Below the pieces are notes generated by a model, which saw only the letters and a list, made by a program, of their open reading frames with translations, was not told where the DNA came from and ran no database searches. From assembly GCF_964213995.1 (NCBI RefSeq), contig NW_027590155.1, positions 620,001 to 684,000 on the forward strand: a stretch of 64,000 nucleotides of DNA, in the 5' to 3' direction. Below are positions 26,310 through 38,678 of this stretch, one piece after another (position 1 is the first letter of the stretch; the number at the start of each line of letters is the position of its first letter). The stretch comes from Mustelus asterias (Eukaryota). The position numbers were made by a program, and so were the translations under genes.

Positions 26310-28160
26310 TGGTGAATACATAGAGCTTCTACAAATACATAAAAGGTAAAAGAGTAACAAGGAAGAGAGTAGGGTCTGTTAAGGATCAACTAGGTCATCG
26401 ATGTGCGGATCCACAACAGCTGGGTCAGATCCGAAATGAATATTTCTTATAAGTATTTATTGTTGAGAAAAGCATAGATGTTCGGGGCCTTGGGGAAATA
26501 AATAGTGATGTCTTGAGGAGTGTACATATTACTGAGAAGGAGGTGTTGGAAGTCTTAAAGCGCATCAAGGTGGATAAATCCCCGGGATCTGATGAAATGT
26601 ATCCCAGGACATTGTAGGAGGCGAGGGAGGAAATTGCGAGTCCCCCAGCAGAGATATTTGAATCATCGACAGTCACAGGTGATGTGCCTGAAGATTTGAG
26701 GGAGGCAAATGTTGTGCCTTTGTTTTAAAAGGGCTGCAGGGAAAAGCCTGGGAACTCAGGCCAGTAAGCCTCATACCTGTGGTGGGTAAGTTGTAAGGTA
26801 TTTTGAGAGGCAAGATCTGCAGGAATTTAGAGACGCAGGAACTGATTAGGGACATTCAGCATGGCTTTGTGAGTGGAAAATCATGTCTCACAAACTTGAT
26901 TGAGCTTTTTGAAGGGGTAACCAAGAAGGTAGATGAGGGCAGTGCAGGTGATGTTGTCTACATGGACTTTAGCAAGGCTTTTCACAAGGTACCGCATGGC
27001 AGGTTGTTGCATAAGGTTAAATATCATGGGATCCAGGGCGACGTAGCTAAATGGATACAAAATTGGGTTGATGACACAAGCCAGAGGGTAATTGCCGAGG
27101 GTTGTTTTTCAAACTGGAGGCCTGTGACCAGAGGTTTGCCTTCGGGATCAGGACTGGGTCCGCTGTTATTTGTCATTTATATTAATGATTTGGATGAGAA
27201 TATAGGAGGCATGGTTAGTAAGTTTCCAGATGACACCAAGATTGGTGGCATAGTGGACAGTGAAGAAGGTTTTCTCGGATTGCAACGGGATCTTGATCAA
27301 TTGAGCAGTGGGCTGACGAATGGCAGATGGAATTTAGTTTAGATAAATGCGAGGTGATGCATTTTGGTAGATTGAACCAGGGCAGGACTTACTCAGTTAA
27401 TGGTAGGGCGTTGGGGAGAGTTACAGAACAAAGACATCTAAGGGTACATGTTCATCGCTCCTTGAAAGTAGAGTCACGGGTGGATAGAGTGGTGAAGACG
27501 GCATTCAGAATGCTTGTTTTCTTTGGTTAGAGCACTGAATACAGTAGTTGGGATGTCTTTTTGAAGTTGTACAAGACATTGGTAAGGCCACACTTGGAAT
27601 ACTATGTACAGTTCTGGTCACCCTATTATAGAAAGGATATCATTAAACTAGAAAGGTTGGAGACAATGTTTGCTAGGATGCTACCGGGACTTGATGGTTT
27701 GAGTTATAAGGAGAGGCTGGATAGACTGGGACTTTTTTTCTCTAGAGTGTAGAAGGCTGAGGGGGGATCTAAACTAAATTCCATCTGCCATTCGTCTATA
27801 AAATAATGAGGGGCATAGATCAGCTAGATAGTCAATATATTTTCCCAATGGTGGGGGAGTCTAAAGCTAGAGGCATAGGTTTAAGGTGAGAGGGAGACGT
27901 ACAAAAGTGTCCTGAGGGGCAATTCTTTCACACAGAGGGTGGTGAGTTTCTGGAACAAGCTGCCAGAGGTATTAGTAGACGCGGGTACAATTTTGTCTTT
28001 TGAAAAGCATTTAGAAAGTTACATGGGTCTGATGGGTATAGAGGGATATGAGCCAAATGCGGGCAATTGGGACTAGCTTCAGGGTTTGAAAAAAAGGGCA
28101 GCATGGACAAGTTGGGTCAAAGGGCCTGTTTCCATGTTGTAAACCTCTATGACTCTATCA
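26310..28160 (+). mobile_element. Degenerate CR1 LINE
   Basis: RT ORF pieces (QHGFVSGKSCL, FPDDTK, LVRPHLEY) and a (CTCTATGA)n tail. Confidence 0.9.
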
Positions 28161-28469
28161 CTCTATGGTGCTATCCATTCCTCAGGAAAATGGTTACTCG
28201 GGTCGGCTGAAGCATGTTAGCATTTTACTGCTCTTTATTTCTATGCATTTTGTTAACCTTGAGCTCTTGACTGTTGTGCGGGAAAGGTTAATCCAAATTA
28301 ATATCATCACCGCGATATTGAGCCTGGTCTGCACCGACAGCAGTTATTAGTTCAGTCACTTCAGTTGCAGACGGAGATCTGTACACCGTACAGACAAGGA
28401 GGAGTCTGTTGACCTATTGTGCCTGTGCCAGGACTTCGCATGGGCTATCCAAATAAGTCCACATCCCTG

Positions 28470-28900
28470 CTCTTTACAAAGAGTCCTGAAGGAAACTTGG
28501 TCCATCACGCAAACCAGCCTCCCATCCATTGACTCTGTCTACACTTCCCGCTGCCTCAGAAAAGCGCCCGGCATAATCAAGGACCCCACGCACGCCGGGC
28601 ATACGCTTCTCCACCTTATTCCGTTGGTAAAAAGAAACGGATGTCTGAGGTCACGTACCAACCGACTCAAGGACAGTTCCTTCCCTGCTACCATCGGACT
28701 TTTAAATAGATCTACCATACATTAAGCTGTTATTTCTCTACACCCTGGTTTTATTTGTAACACTGCATCCTGCACCCTCTCCTGTCCTTCTCCCCTATGT
28801 TCTCTATGTATGGTAAGCTTTGTCTGTATAGCATCCAAGAAACAATACTTTCCACTGCATACCAGTGTATGTGAAAATGCTAAATCAAATTTATACAAAC
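28470..28900 (+). mobile_element. Rex1/Babar-type LINE 3' end
   Basis: Homologous to 37080-37490 (IIKDPTH...RTNRLK). Confidence 0.75.
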
Positions 28901-29351
28901 CCAAGACAATTCCTCCTTTACATCTTTTGAAACAATATTCAGTTATTTCATTCAGAAAAACAATGAGAGAAATAAAACCTGAAATAGAGGCATGCATTCT
29001 AATGAGCATTTTCTAAAATTTTATACTGTTGACGGATTGCTGAAAATTTATTGTACTGAGCTGGTGCTCCCAGTTTGTCTGATTCTAGGAGCAGCGCTCC
29101 GGAAGCTTGTGCTACCAAATAAACCTGTTGGACTTTAACCTGGTGTTGTGAGAGTTCTTACTGTCATGAATTAGAGCAGAAAGGAGCTCTCAGCTAATTG
29201 GATGAATCCAGAGCAAAGAGCCCAGGAGCTTATTGGATATCAGCTGATGACGCTGCCAGGAATAAACCAATTTGTAGATTGTGGTATCCAATCAGCTCTT
29301 TATTCTCTAATCAGTGATCTCCACTCTTCCGACCATAGGTTCTGTAGGGTG

Positions 29352-29376
29352 TGACGTCAGATCAGCCACAGCCAAT
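29352..29376 (+). promoter_or_regulatory. TCR V promoter: CRE plus CCAAT box
   Basis: TGACGTCA at 29352-29359 and CCAAT at 29372-29376, about 90 bp before the leader ATG. Confidence 0.65.
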
Positions 29377-29450
29377 GCTCTCAGCTTTATCTTGTTCAAC
29401 CTTCTGCAACTGTCGGAGAAACAAGTCCCTGGAATCCAGGAGCAGCAGCA

Positions 29451-30507
29451 ATGCGGCTCCCCGTTTTCACTCTGATCTGGGTGACATTCATTGTTGGTAA
29501 GGTTAACACTTTAAAAATGAGTTATTTTCTGGAGGAATAAAGTTGAAAAGCAGGACATTCGTGTTATACAGGTATTGGACATGCCGTAGAACACAAATGA
29601 ATTCCTGCGAGTGGTTTTAGTCTTTTGAAAATAGATTTGAAAAGCACACTGAAAAGGCGATTTCGAGAAATGGTACTCGGATTGGGAGGTGAGAGCTATC
29701 AGAATGCAAGATTATGATTACTTTCTCGACTGACCAAAGAAACTAACGCAAACCTGACTGATCTATTTATAATGATAACGAGGATTGGTGTGGTGCACGG
29801 GGAGAGGATGATTCCACTTGTGGGAGAATTCCAAATATATGTCCCACAATTCCAATGAAACAAAGAGATCAACTGGGAATCGGAGAGAAACAGCTTTAGA
29901 AAGAGTTGGATAGAATGTGACTCATGTTAACACAATGAACACTTGAGGAGAGGAGCAAAGACTAATTTAAAGGTAAACTAAACTAAACAGCTGAGGAAGA
30001 AAGGGACAACTGCATTGAGAAGAGGCGAGAGGGAGAAATCTCCAGGGGATTGTAAACGGGAACATAGATCAGTTGGAGAGAATGTGGTATGATTCAATAC
30101 ATTCAATACATATTTTTACGTTACACTGTCAGTGAATTTTCTCCCTTAGTTCAATTGAACTTTTAATCAATGTTTTCTTCCTTTCTTTAACCGTGTGTTT
30201 CAGATCTGAGCGATGGAGATTCTGTTACTCAGCGGGAATCCTCACTCACACGGACAGAGGGAGAAGATGTCACTTTAAACTGCACCTTTACCGACGATGC
30301 TTATTATTTATTTTGGTATCGTCAATACCCAGGCAGACAGCCCGAGTTTGTAGTCCGGAGAGACAAGAACGGCGGTTTTGAATTAAAGGCGGATTTCGCT
30401 CGGACCCGGTTTTCTGATTCAGTCCAGCAGTCAGACAATTTGTACCGAGTGACTATTTCGGAGTTGCGGCTGTCTGACACTGCGGTCTATTACTGTGCAC
30501 AGAGACT
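29451..30507 (+). CDS. Intact TCR Valpha/delta gene segment (leader exon 29451-29496, V exon 30204-30507)
   Basis: Spliced ORF MRLPVFTLIWVTFIV/DLSDGDSVTQRESSLTRTEGEDVTLNCTFTDDAYYLFWYRQYPGRQPEFVVRRDKNGGFELKADFARTRFSDSVQQSDNLYRVTISELRLSDTAVYYCAQR. Phase-1 GT-AG intron, both Cys and WYRQ present. The ORF track misses it. Confidence 0.95.
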
Positions 30508-30546
30508 CACAGTGATGAGAACGAGTGAAATCCTCGTACAAAAACT
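30508..30546 (+). other. 23-RSS of the intact TCR V
   Basis: CACAGTG (30508-30514), 23-nt spacer, ACAAAAACT (30538-30546). Confidence 0.95.
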
Positions 30547-31912
30547 GCCGCAGGTTTCTGAGTCACAGCTGCTGTCTGTCGAGTGCTGTTTCTAACAGAG
30601 GGTTATACACTAACGCGTCAATACATTCCTGTGAACGCAAACCAGACCACAATTCACACAAACATCATCTAAAATCGTTCACAGATTCTGTCTGATTATT
30701 ACATTCACTGTGCAAGGGAAGAATTAGCTGTTGTTTATTTGGAATCACCGGGAAATCGGCACGAACATTGAGAATTCAAAATGCTGCAGGTAGCCTTGAA
30801 CTAGTTGTACCCTTGTTCTGATGTTTCAAAGAACACTCGGGGCAAAGAAACCAATACTGTTCGGTTTGATATGTCAGTCAATAGTGTAAACTGATGCCCG
30901 CCTGCTGAGGCAAATCCTCATAATCACAACAGCCTGATTAAACATCTCTCAATGTTACAGTAATGAAATAAAAATATCAACTGGGAATCGAAGAGAAACT
31001 TCATTGGAAAGAGTTCGGAAGAATGTGACTCATATTAACACAATGAACACTTGACACATATTAAAACTAAGAATTCTTAACAGTAAAGGTACAAAAGTTT
31101 ATTTCAATACATGCTTAGAATCCAATGAACAATGATTAATATCTCTATTAATAATCTCTAAGAACAGGTTTGGTGTACTCTAGAGACTGGAACATTTGGT
31201 AAGAAAATCGACTGAATGCAAAAATCTAATTGAGAAGAGCGTCAGAAAGTTCCTGAAGGACAACTAGGGATGGGCAATAAATAGCGGCCGAGCCCGCAAA
31301 GCCCACATGCCCGAAAGTCTTTCTTTAAAAGTCTGCTGTAATCACCAGAAGTGCTTTGGGAAATCGAATCCGCGGGATAAGTCTTTATGCTCAGACAAAT
31401 ATTTTGTTGGGATATGGGCCAAACGCGGGCAATTGGGACTTGCATAGTGGTTAGAAAAGGGTAGCATGGACAAGTTGGGCAGAAGGGTCTGTTTCCATGC
31501 TGTAAACCTCTATGACTCTATGACTACTTCCATATCCGTTATTTCCCTGAATATCCACAAATCTATCAACTGCCTTCAAGAAATCAAACGACTGTACAAT
31601 CATTGCTCTCTTTGACACATAGAGTGCATTAAAGCGAATGTATGGTTTTTGACTGAGATGATTTTTGAGATATGCCTCTGATGAGTTTTATTTCATGTTG
31701 TAATAACAGCACCAGAGTCTCCTATTCAGAGTTGCTCGTAAACGACAGAAACTACTATAAAGAGGGATTTTACATACACTGACAGACATTCAGCACAAAG
31801 AACCTGATCATTCGGTTTAATTGGTTTTAATGAGATGATTTTGTTTCTATTAACTGTTCACAATCCAGCTCAGAGATCGGATTCAGTGAGAGGAGGTGAG
31901 AATGCCTTTGCT

Positions 31913-32389
31913 GGTTTTTGTACGGATTAACTGTGACTCTGTAACTGCGGTTCAGCGCACACTGTTACAGATACACGGCAGAGTCAGAGACACGGACCCC
32001 GGTGATATTTAATGGAGCTGTTTTCTTGTCTCTGTCCAAATTAGCAGAAAACTGGTCCGAAAAATCAGGAGACTTATCCCCCTTCCCCTGGCCGTAACTT
32101 TTCAATAAATATCTCGGAGCTTCTCCGGGATACAGGATGTACCAGAATAGAGTTTGGTCAACGTACTTAGCTTTATAACTGCAGTTCAAAATTACCGTCT
32201 GTACTTCCTGAACCGTTAATTCAGGCGGCTCCTGGGAAACTGAAGTTTGGCCATTGGTTCCTGTAACAACATATAGACTGTGTGAGAAATCTGTGAGTGA
32301 ATATAACCCATTGAACACACACTGAGGATTTGAGCTCAGACTCACGGGGCAGCATGTCCATTATCATCAGTAGAACACGCAGGGAACAT
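31913..32389 (-). pseudogene. TCR Valpha/delta pseudogene (leader 32389-32346, V exon 32260-31950, defective RSS)
   Basis: QTSVSQEPPELTVQEVQTVILNCSY...LFWYILYPGEAPRYLL...SDSAVYL*QCAL has an in-frame TAA before the second Cys. The leader exon is 44 nt (frameshifted). RSS is CGCAGTT-21-ACAAAAACC. Confidence 0.9.
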
Positions 32390-32523
32390 GTGGTTCCTGA
32401 ATGGACAGTAAACAGCGACACTGTTTAAAATATGTTGTTGCTTCTAGTCTTATATCACGGAGTAAACTCAGATCAGAGGCAGCTTCAATCATTGGCAAAT
32501 TGGGGGGTTTTCCCAGTGTTGCA

Positions 32524-32551
32524 ATTGGCTGGTCCCCTTGAGATGACGTCA
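32524..32551 (-). promoter_or_regulatory. TCR V promoter: CRE plus CCAAT box
   Basis: TGACGTCA at 32544-32551 followed on the minus strand by AGCCAAT, the same order as at 29352. Confidence 0.6.
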
Positions 32552-33314
32552 GCTGTGGACCAAACACTGTTAGTGGAGGACTAAACACAGCTGGCTCCCT
32601 CCAAACACATTCCATCCCGGGCTGTGTGTGTTTTTCTCACTCTCTTTCTCTCTCCATGAAAGGTGAATAACGTTATCAGTTACACTGTCTCTTTCTCGGT
32701 TAACCCTCTTTCGTTCGAACTCAATGTCTCCCTTTTTATAGATAGATTATCTTTCTAAATAAAGTTAAAAGTGAAATAAATAATTTACCCTCATTTACTC
32801 TGTAGGTATTAATGAGTGCATCCACTGCATGAACATAATAGTAGTTACTGCTTTATTTATACCGGGGATAAGTAATCACCCAAGTCCACATTGACTTGCG
32901 TTTCCACTGGAATTACTCTTATACTGGGAAAGTACTGATTCAATCAGTCATTATTTCTGTCCAGAAACTTCAAAATGTGACAAGTCTCAGTGTGCCTTTA
33001 ATATTGGATCACATTTAACAGGTTCCCCTGACGGATAGGCATCTGATACAGAAAGATTGGAAGTACTGATTTATTAAGTTATTCACTCGGGACATCTGTG
33101 GGTTTTGTGATTGGGATCAGGAAATGATTGGATTTATCCAGGAATAATCTGAGCGCCAAATGTCACATTTCCCCAACAGTGACAATCACTGACGTTAGGG
33201 AGGGAAAGCCACTCAGCTGGGGCAGCATTGTCAGGTTCATCATCTGTACATTTTCTCTGAAATTCAATGCAATGTGTTTTGCGGACAAGGAACCATTGAT
33301 TGAGGACCTGCGCC

Positions 33315-33663
33315 AGTTTTTGTACGAAGCCCGCGGGATCCTCATTCAGTGTGGGTCTCAGTGCACAGTAATACACGGCGTTATCTGTCATCTTCAAATC
33401 TTTCATGGACAAGTGAAAAGTGCTTTGTGTCTCGCTGAGATTCCAGCTGAAATGTTTAAAGCCGGGAGCCGTATCGGTAAATCCATAACTCTCGGCTCTG
33501 AGCAGATACTGAGGAGCTCGGTGTGGATACTGGCGATACCAGAACAGGACATAGACTGTAGGTAAACCCTATACAGAGTAACTGCAGGGTATTGCTGAAT
33601 CTTCACCCTCTGCTGCTTCAACTCCTGGTTCTGACTGGGACACTGAGTCACCGTTACTCATGT
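33315..33663 (-). pseudogene. TCR Valpha/delta pseudogene with intact 23-RSS
   Basis: DSVSQSEPGVEAAEGEDSAIPCSYSV*GLPTVYVLFWYRQYPHRAPQYLL...TDNAVYYCALRP has a single TAG (33569-33571). RSS is CACACTG-23-ACAAAAACT (33353-33315). A degenerate leader candidate lies at ~34065-34118. Confidence 0.9.
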
Positions 33664-33809
33664 CTGAAAATAGACAACAGACGCGCAGCGGTTTAGAAGG
33701 AGTAACAACAACGGAATAATCGCCTAGAAATGGAAATGGGCAATTAATATGGTGATTGGCGGATTTCAGTCAAAGGTTCAAAATGACCGTCCTGTGATCA
33801 GGACAATAA

Positions 33810-34029
33810 GAAGTTTAACAACACCAGGTTAAAGTCCAACAGGTTTATTTGGTAGCAAAAGCCACACAAGCTTTCGGAGCTCCAAGCCCCTTCTTCAGGT
33901 GAGTGAAGGGGCTTGGAGCTCCGACAGCTTGTGTGGCTTGTGCTACCAAATAAACCTGTTGGACTTTAAGCTGGTGTTGTTAAACTTCTTATTGTGTTTA
34001 CCCCAGTCCAACGCCGGCATCTCCACATC
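33810..34029. mobile_element. Penelope-type palindromic insert with hammerhead motif, in the presumed V intron
   Basis: Long inverted repeat centred at ~33903; flanking direct repeat ATCAGGACAATAA (33797-33809 / 34030-34042); minus strand CAC-CTGAAGA-A-GGGGC-TTGGA-GCTCC-GAAA-GC-TT-GTG. Confidence 0.75.
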
Positions 34030-34347
34030 ATCAGGACAATAACCAGAGACAGACAGACTTTCACCCCCATAGTTCCAGTCTGAACACCAGAAACAGAGGC
34101 AGTGATCACTGTCTGCATAAGACCTGGAAATGGAGAAGTTGAAACAGTCAGTGGAATGGTATGAGGCCGAAAGTCACTTCGTCTCTCCGCCCATTTTTAC
34201 ATCTTCAAACAGACGCTTCCTCTCGAAGGGAATCGTGATTTTTCATAAGTGATCAGAGAGCGCCCTCCCGTGGACAGCAATGCCGCATATTGGAAACAGA
34301 TACACACACGGTCACCTGTAAAGGCTGATAGATACATATCCAGATAA

Positions 34348-34585
34348 TAGAATCATAGAATCATAGAATTTGTACAGTACAGAAAAATGCCATTCGGCCC
34401 AACGAGTCTGTACCGATCACAAACCTACCCAGGCCCTCTTCCCGTAACCTCATACATTAACCCCGCTAATCCCCCTGACACTAGGGTCAGTTTATCATGG
34501 CCAGTCAAACTAACCTGCACATCTTTTCGGACTGTTGGAGGAAACTGGAGCACACGGAGGAAACCCACGCAGACACGGGGAGAGC
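34348..34585 (-). mobile_element. HE1-like SINE, 5' truncated
   Basis: (ATAGAATC)n tail and central SINE body. Confidence 0.7.
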
Positions 34586-35214
34586 AGATACACACACGGC
34601 CACGTGCAAAGACCAACACGTGTCAGGATATATAAACATATAGATAAAAGCCCAGACACAGACATCAATTCCAATGTCCCTCGTTATAAATCCAGAATTA
34701 TTCTGTAGATTTCTGACACATTAGTCTGAGTTGCTAACTATGAAAATACATGAATAACTCCAACTCCGTGTTCACTAGAAGCCTCGTATACCGCACAGAA
34801 TCAACAAAAGCATGGACACAGGGACAAGTAAACACAGTGATCGATTCTCAAACTGATCTACTCAAACATAGACACACAGACAATCACTGAGGAAGATAAA
34901 CAAACAGATTAACACAGCCACTGACACACTCAAGAGAAGTGCACTCATTGACAATCTCAAAAACGTACTAGCTCCAGAGTAAACTTCCTGAACTGGAATT
35001 CCCTGGGGTCGTGTCAGTGCGGCAATACCGTGTTAGATATTCATTGCGATGGAACTGCCCATTTTAGCAACAAGGAACAGCCAGAAATCTATTTCTCATC
35101 AATGGTGATCATTGATTGATGACTCAACAGTGGACACTTTTGGAGAATAGGCAATAATGGATGTATTTATTTTTACAGCCAAACATATCTGCATGTGTCC
35201 GTATCATGTTTAAA

Positions 35215-35500
35215 GTTTATTTATTAATGTCACAACTGGATTACATTAATACTGCAATGAAGTTACTGTGAAAATCCCCTAGTCGCCACACTTCGCCAAC
35301 TGTTCGGGTACACGAAGGGAGAAATTTAGCGTGGGAATGCACCTAACCAGCACATCTTTCGGACTGTGGAAGGAAACTGGAGCAAATCCACACAGACACA
35401 GGAAGGACGTGCAAACTCCACTCAGACCCAAGCCAGGAATCGAACCCGAGTCCCTGGCGCTGTGAGGCAGCAGTGTGCCACTGTGCTACCGTGCCACCCC
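35215..35500 (-). mobile_element. tRNA-derived SINE
   Basis: Reverse complement of the 12950 family. Confidence 0.7.
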
Positions 35501-36089
35501 GTGTGAGGTCAGTGTCGGTAAGACAGATTCCCCACCCATTCTCGAGGTTGCCAGATCGGATGTTCGGGACACAGGAGGACAACACAAGGAGACTGCTTCA
35601 GGTATAGGTGATTCATTCTCCTCTGTTATATTCCATACTCTGGAAAGTTGTGGAGTTAATTAGTTATATTATATATAATTCAGAAATAATGGGGAGATGC
35701 TTCATCCGATTAAACTCGTTTTGTAAATTTTGTAAATTTGTAAATATATGTTTACATTGAAAACTATATTGGGAAGCTATATCCAATACTTCATGCCATT
35801 GGGTCAGTGAAACGTTGTAACTTAAAGCAAACTGTACATGGATTCCACAGAAACTCCTTCTTCAAATGGGGATTGGACAATGACTTGAAAGGGAGAAAAA
35901 TCAGCTTCATGGAATGAGAGGAGGAAACTGAAATGAGAGCAAAGAACAGTGCAGCACAGGAACAGGCCCTTCGGCCCACCAAGCCCGCACCGACACGTCA
36001 GTTTGGTAGCTCGTCATAAAATAACTGGCATAGGCATGGTGGGTCGAAGGGACTCTTATTGTTCTCTGCCATTGTCAACCATTTTCAAT

Positions 36090-37490
36090 CATTACAACAA
36101 TCTGAGGTCCCTATCTTCTTCAAGAAGATGACCATCATCCCGGTACCTAAGAAAAATCAAGCAGCGTGTCTTAATGACTATCGGCCGGTGGCTCTGACAT
36201 CCATCATGATGAAGTGCTTTGAAAGGTTTGTCACGGTACGAATCAATTACAGCCTCCCGGACTACCTGGATCCACTACAGTTGCCTACCACCGCAACAGG
36301 TCCACAGCAGACGGCATTTCCCTGGCCTTGCACTCAACCCTGGATCACCTAGATAACAAGGACAGACTCATATTTATTGAATACAGCTCAGCCTTCAACA
36401 CTATTATTCCCACGAAACTCATCTCCAAACTCTGTGGCCTGTGCCTCAGCACCTCCTCTGTGACTGGATCCTAAACTTCCTAACTCACAAACCACAATCT
36501 GTAAGGATAGGCAATCACACCTCCTCCACAATCGTCCTCAACACTGGTGGCCCACAAGGCTGTGTTCTCAGCCCCCTACTACACTCCTAATATACGTATG
36601 ACTGTGTGGCCAAATGCCTCTCCAATTCGATTTTCACGTTTGCTGACGACACCACCGTAGTGGGTCGGATCTCAAACAATGATGAGACAGAGTACAGGAA
36701 TGAGGTAGAGAATCTGGTGAACTGGTGCGACAACAATAATCTCTCCCTCAATGTCAACAAAACGAAGGAGATTCTCATCGACTTCAGGAAGCGTAAAGGA
36801 GAACATGCCCCTGTCTACATCAACGGGACGAAGTAGAAAAGGTCGAGAGCTTCAGGTTTTTAGGTGTCCAGATCACCAACTATCTGTCCTGGTCCCCCCC
36901 CATGCCGACAGTATAGTTAAGAAAGCCCACCAACACCTCTACTGTCTTAGAAGACTAAGGAAATTTGGCATGTCAGCTACGACTCTCACCAACTTTTACA
37001 GATGCACCATAGAAAGCATTCTTTCTGGTTGTATCATAGCTTGGTATGGCTCCTGTTCTACCCAAGACTGCAAGGAACTATAAAAGGTCATGAATGTGCC
37101 CAATCTATCACACAAACCAGCCTCCCATCCATTGACTCTGTCTACACTTCCCGCTTCCTGGGCAAAACAGCCAGCATAATTAAGGACCCCATGCACCCCG
37201 GACATTCTCTCCTTCACCTTCTTCCTTCGGGAAAAAGATACAAAAGTCTGAGGTCACGTGCCAACCGACTCAAGAATAGCTTCTTCCCTGCTGCTGCCAA
37301 ACTTTTAAATAGATTTACCTTGCATTAAGTTGATCTTTCTCTTCACCCTCGCTATGACTGTAACACTGCATTCTGCACACTCTCATTTCCTTCTCTATGA
37401 ACGGTATGTTTTGTCTGTAGAGCGCAAGGAACAATATTTTTCACTGTATGTTAATACATGTGACAATAATAAATCAAATCAAATCAAAGT
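36090..37490 (+). mobile_element. Rex1/Babar-type LINE fragment (RT and 3' end), frameshifted
   Basis: TIIPVPKK...[36 protein letters not shown]; (AAATC)n tail. Confidence 0.85.
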
Positions 37491-37576
37491 CATTCTTGGA
37501 TCAATATGTCTACAGCAGTCCCAATGAATGTTGCAACATTTCAAGAGAGTTCCATTGTGTCCTACAGACGCCAGCA

Positions 37577-37648
37577 GTTTCTGTAGTGTAATGGTGGTTG
37601 CATTCGCCTCACACACAAAAGTCCCTAGTTCAAAACCATGCCGAAATA
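37577..37648 (+). pseudogene. tRNA-Val(CAC) pseudogene, strongly degenerate
   Basis: Homologous to the 38679 copy, with several stem mismatches. Confidence 0.7.
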
Positions 37649-38678
37649 TTATTAACATTTGTTCATTAAGAGTGAGGGAAGTTTACATGATTGAAATTTG
37701 TTGCTGAACATTATCCGAAACTCAATATTAAAGCCATGTTATCTTTGCTCTGTCCTCGGCCTCAAAATCTTTCAGCAAAATCAGAGATCTTGTATTTTTA
37801 TGACTTAATGAGAGGAAATAGATGTTGCTGTTTTGACACCGTGGACATATCAGCAACTCATTCAGTCCACAACAGAATTTAATGGCTTTGTTGATGCAGA
37901 CTAACAAAGTTAATCATCATCTGAACCATGTCTAATAGTATTGTGTGCTCAAAAAGGCAGAGACAAGTGAAACTGTAACTGAACAAGAGGAAATAGCGCA
38001 CATTGCGCGGAACCATTATTTTAACATCATTCTTCAGAGGAAACAAACAGGGAAAACCACTCAGACAGTTGAGGAAATCGAGAATCAGTGCGGATCTACT
38101 GGACTTTCCCACAGCTGAACAGGATTTAGATGCCTGAGTGTTTCACACACAGAATAAAGAGGGATCAAGTATAACTAACAAGTCATTCTTAAATCTATTC
38201 CCTTTAAAGATATTTGATTTTGTTTAAAAGCTGATTGTGGTCAATCTCAATGAAGCACCGTGACATGTGTATTACCCAGTGATTCGATTCCTTTCGTTGG
38301 TCAGTCATGTTTGAAATTGAATGTTGTCTATTTCGGAGATATGTCATTCAGAATGAGGAGATATGTAATTAATAAAAATATATTAATATTAAACATTGAA
38401 CAACGAACAAATACTGGGTAGAACTGGTTGAAATTATTCGAAGGAAGATGAGAATGATGCATTAATGATTGAGCAGAAATCATTGCTTCCTTCGATATTT
38501 GCCCGACGACCGCTTTTAAAGGTTGAAGTTCAAGATAACTTGAGAAATCAGGTTGAAAGAAACGATTTTTGTCTTGTATTCAGTGACATGGGCTCTCCGG
38601 ATAACCATTCGAACCTGCAGCAACACAGTGGAGTTGAACATTGTGGCCAGGCCAATTGGCGGCGCAATGCAAACAGTT

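Noticed and set aside
23546-33663. NAR-TCR cassette
   Set aside because: No IgNAR-like V-D-J unit was recognised, and the TCR Vs here have leader exons or leader remnants rather than being clearly leaderless supporting Vs.
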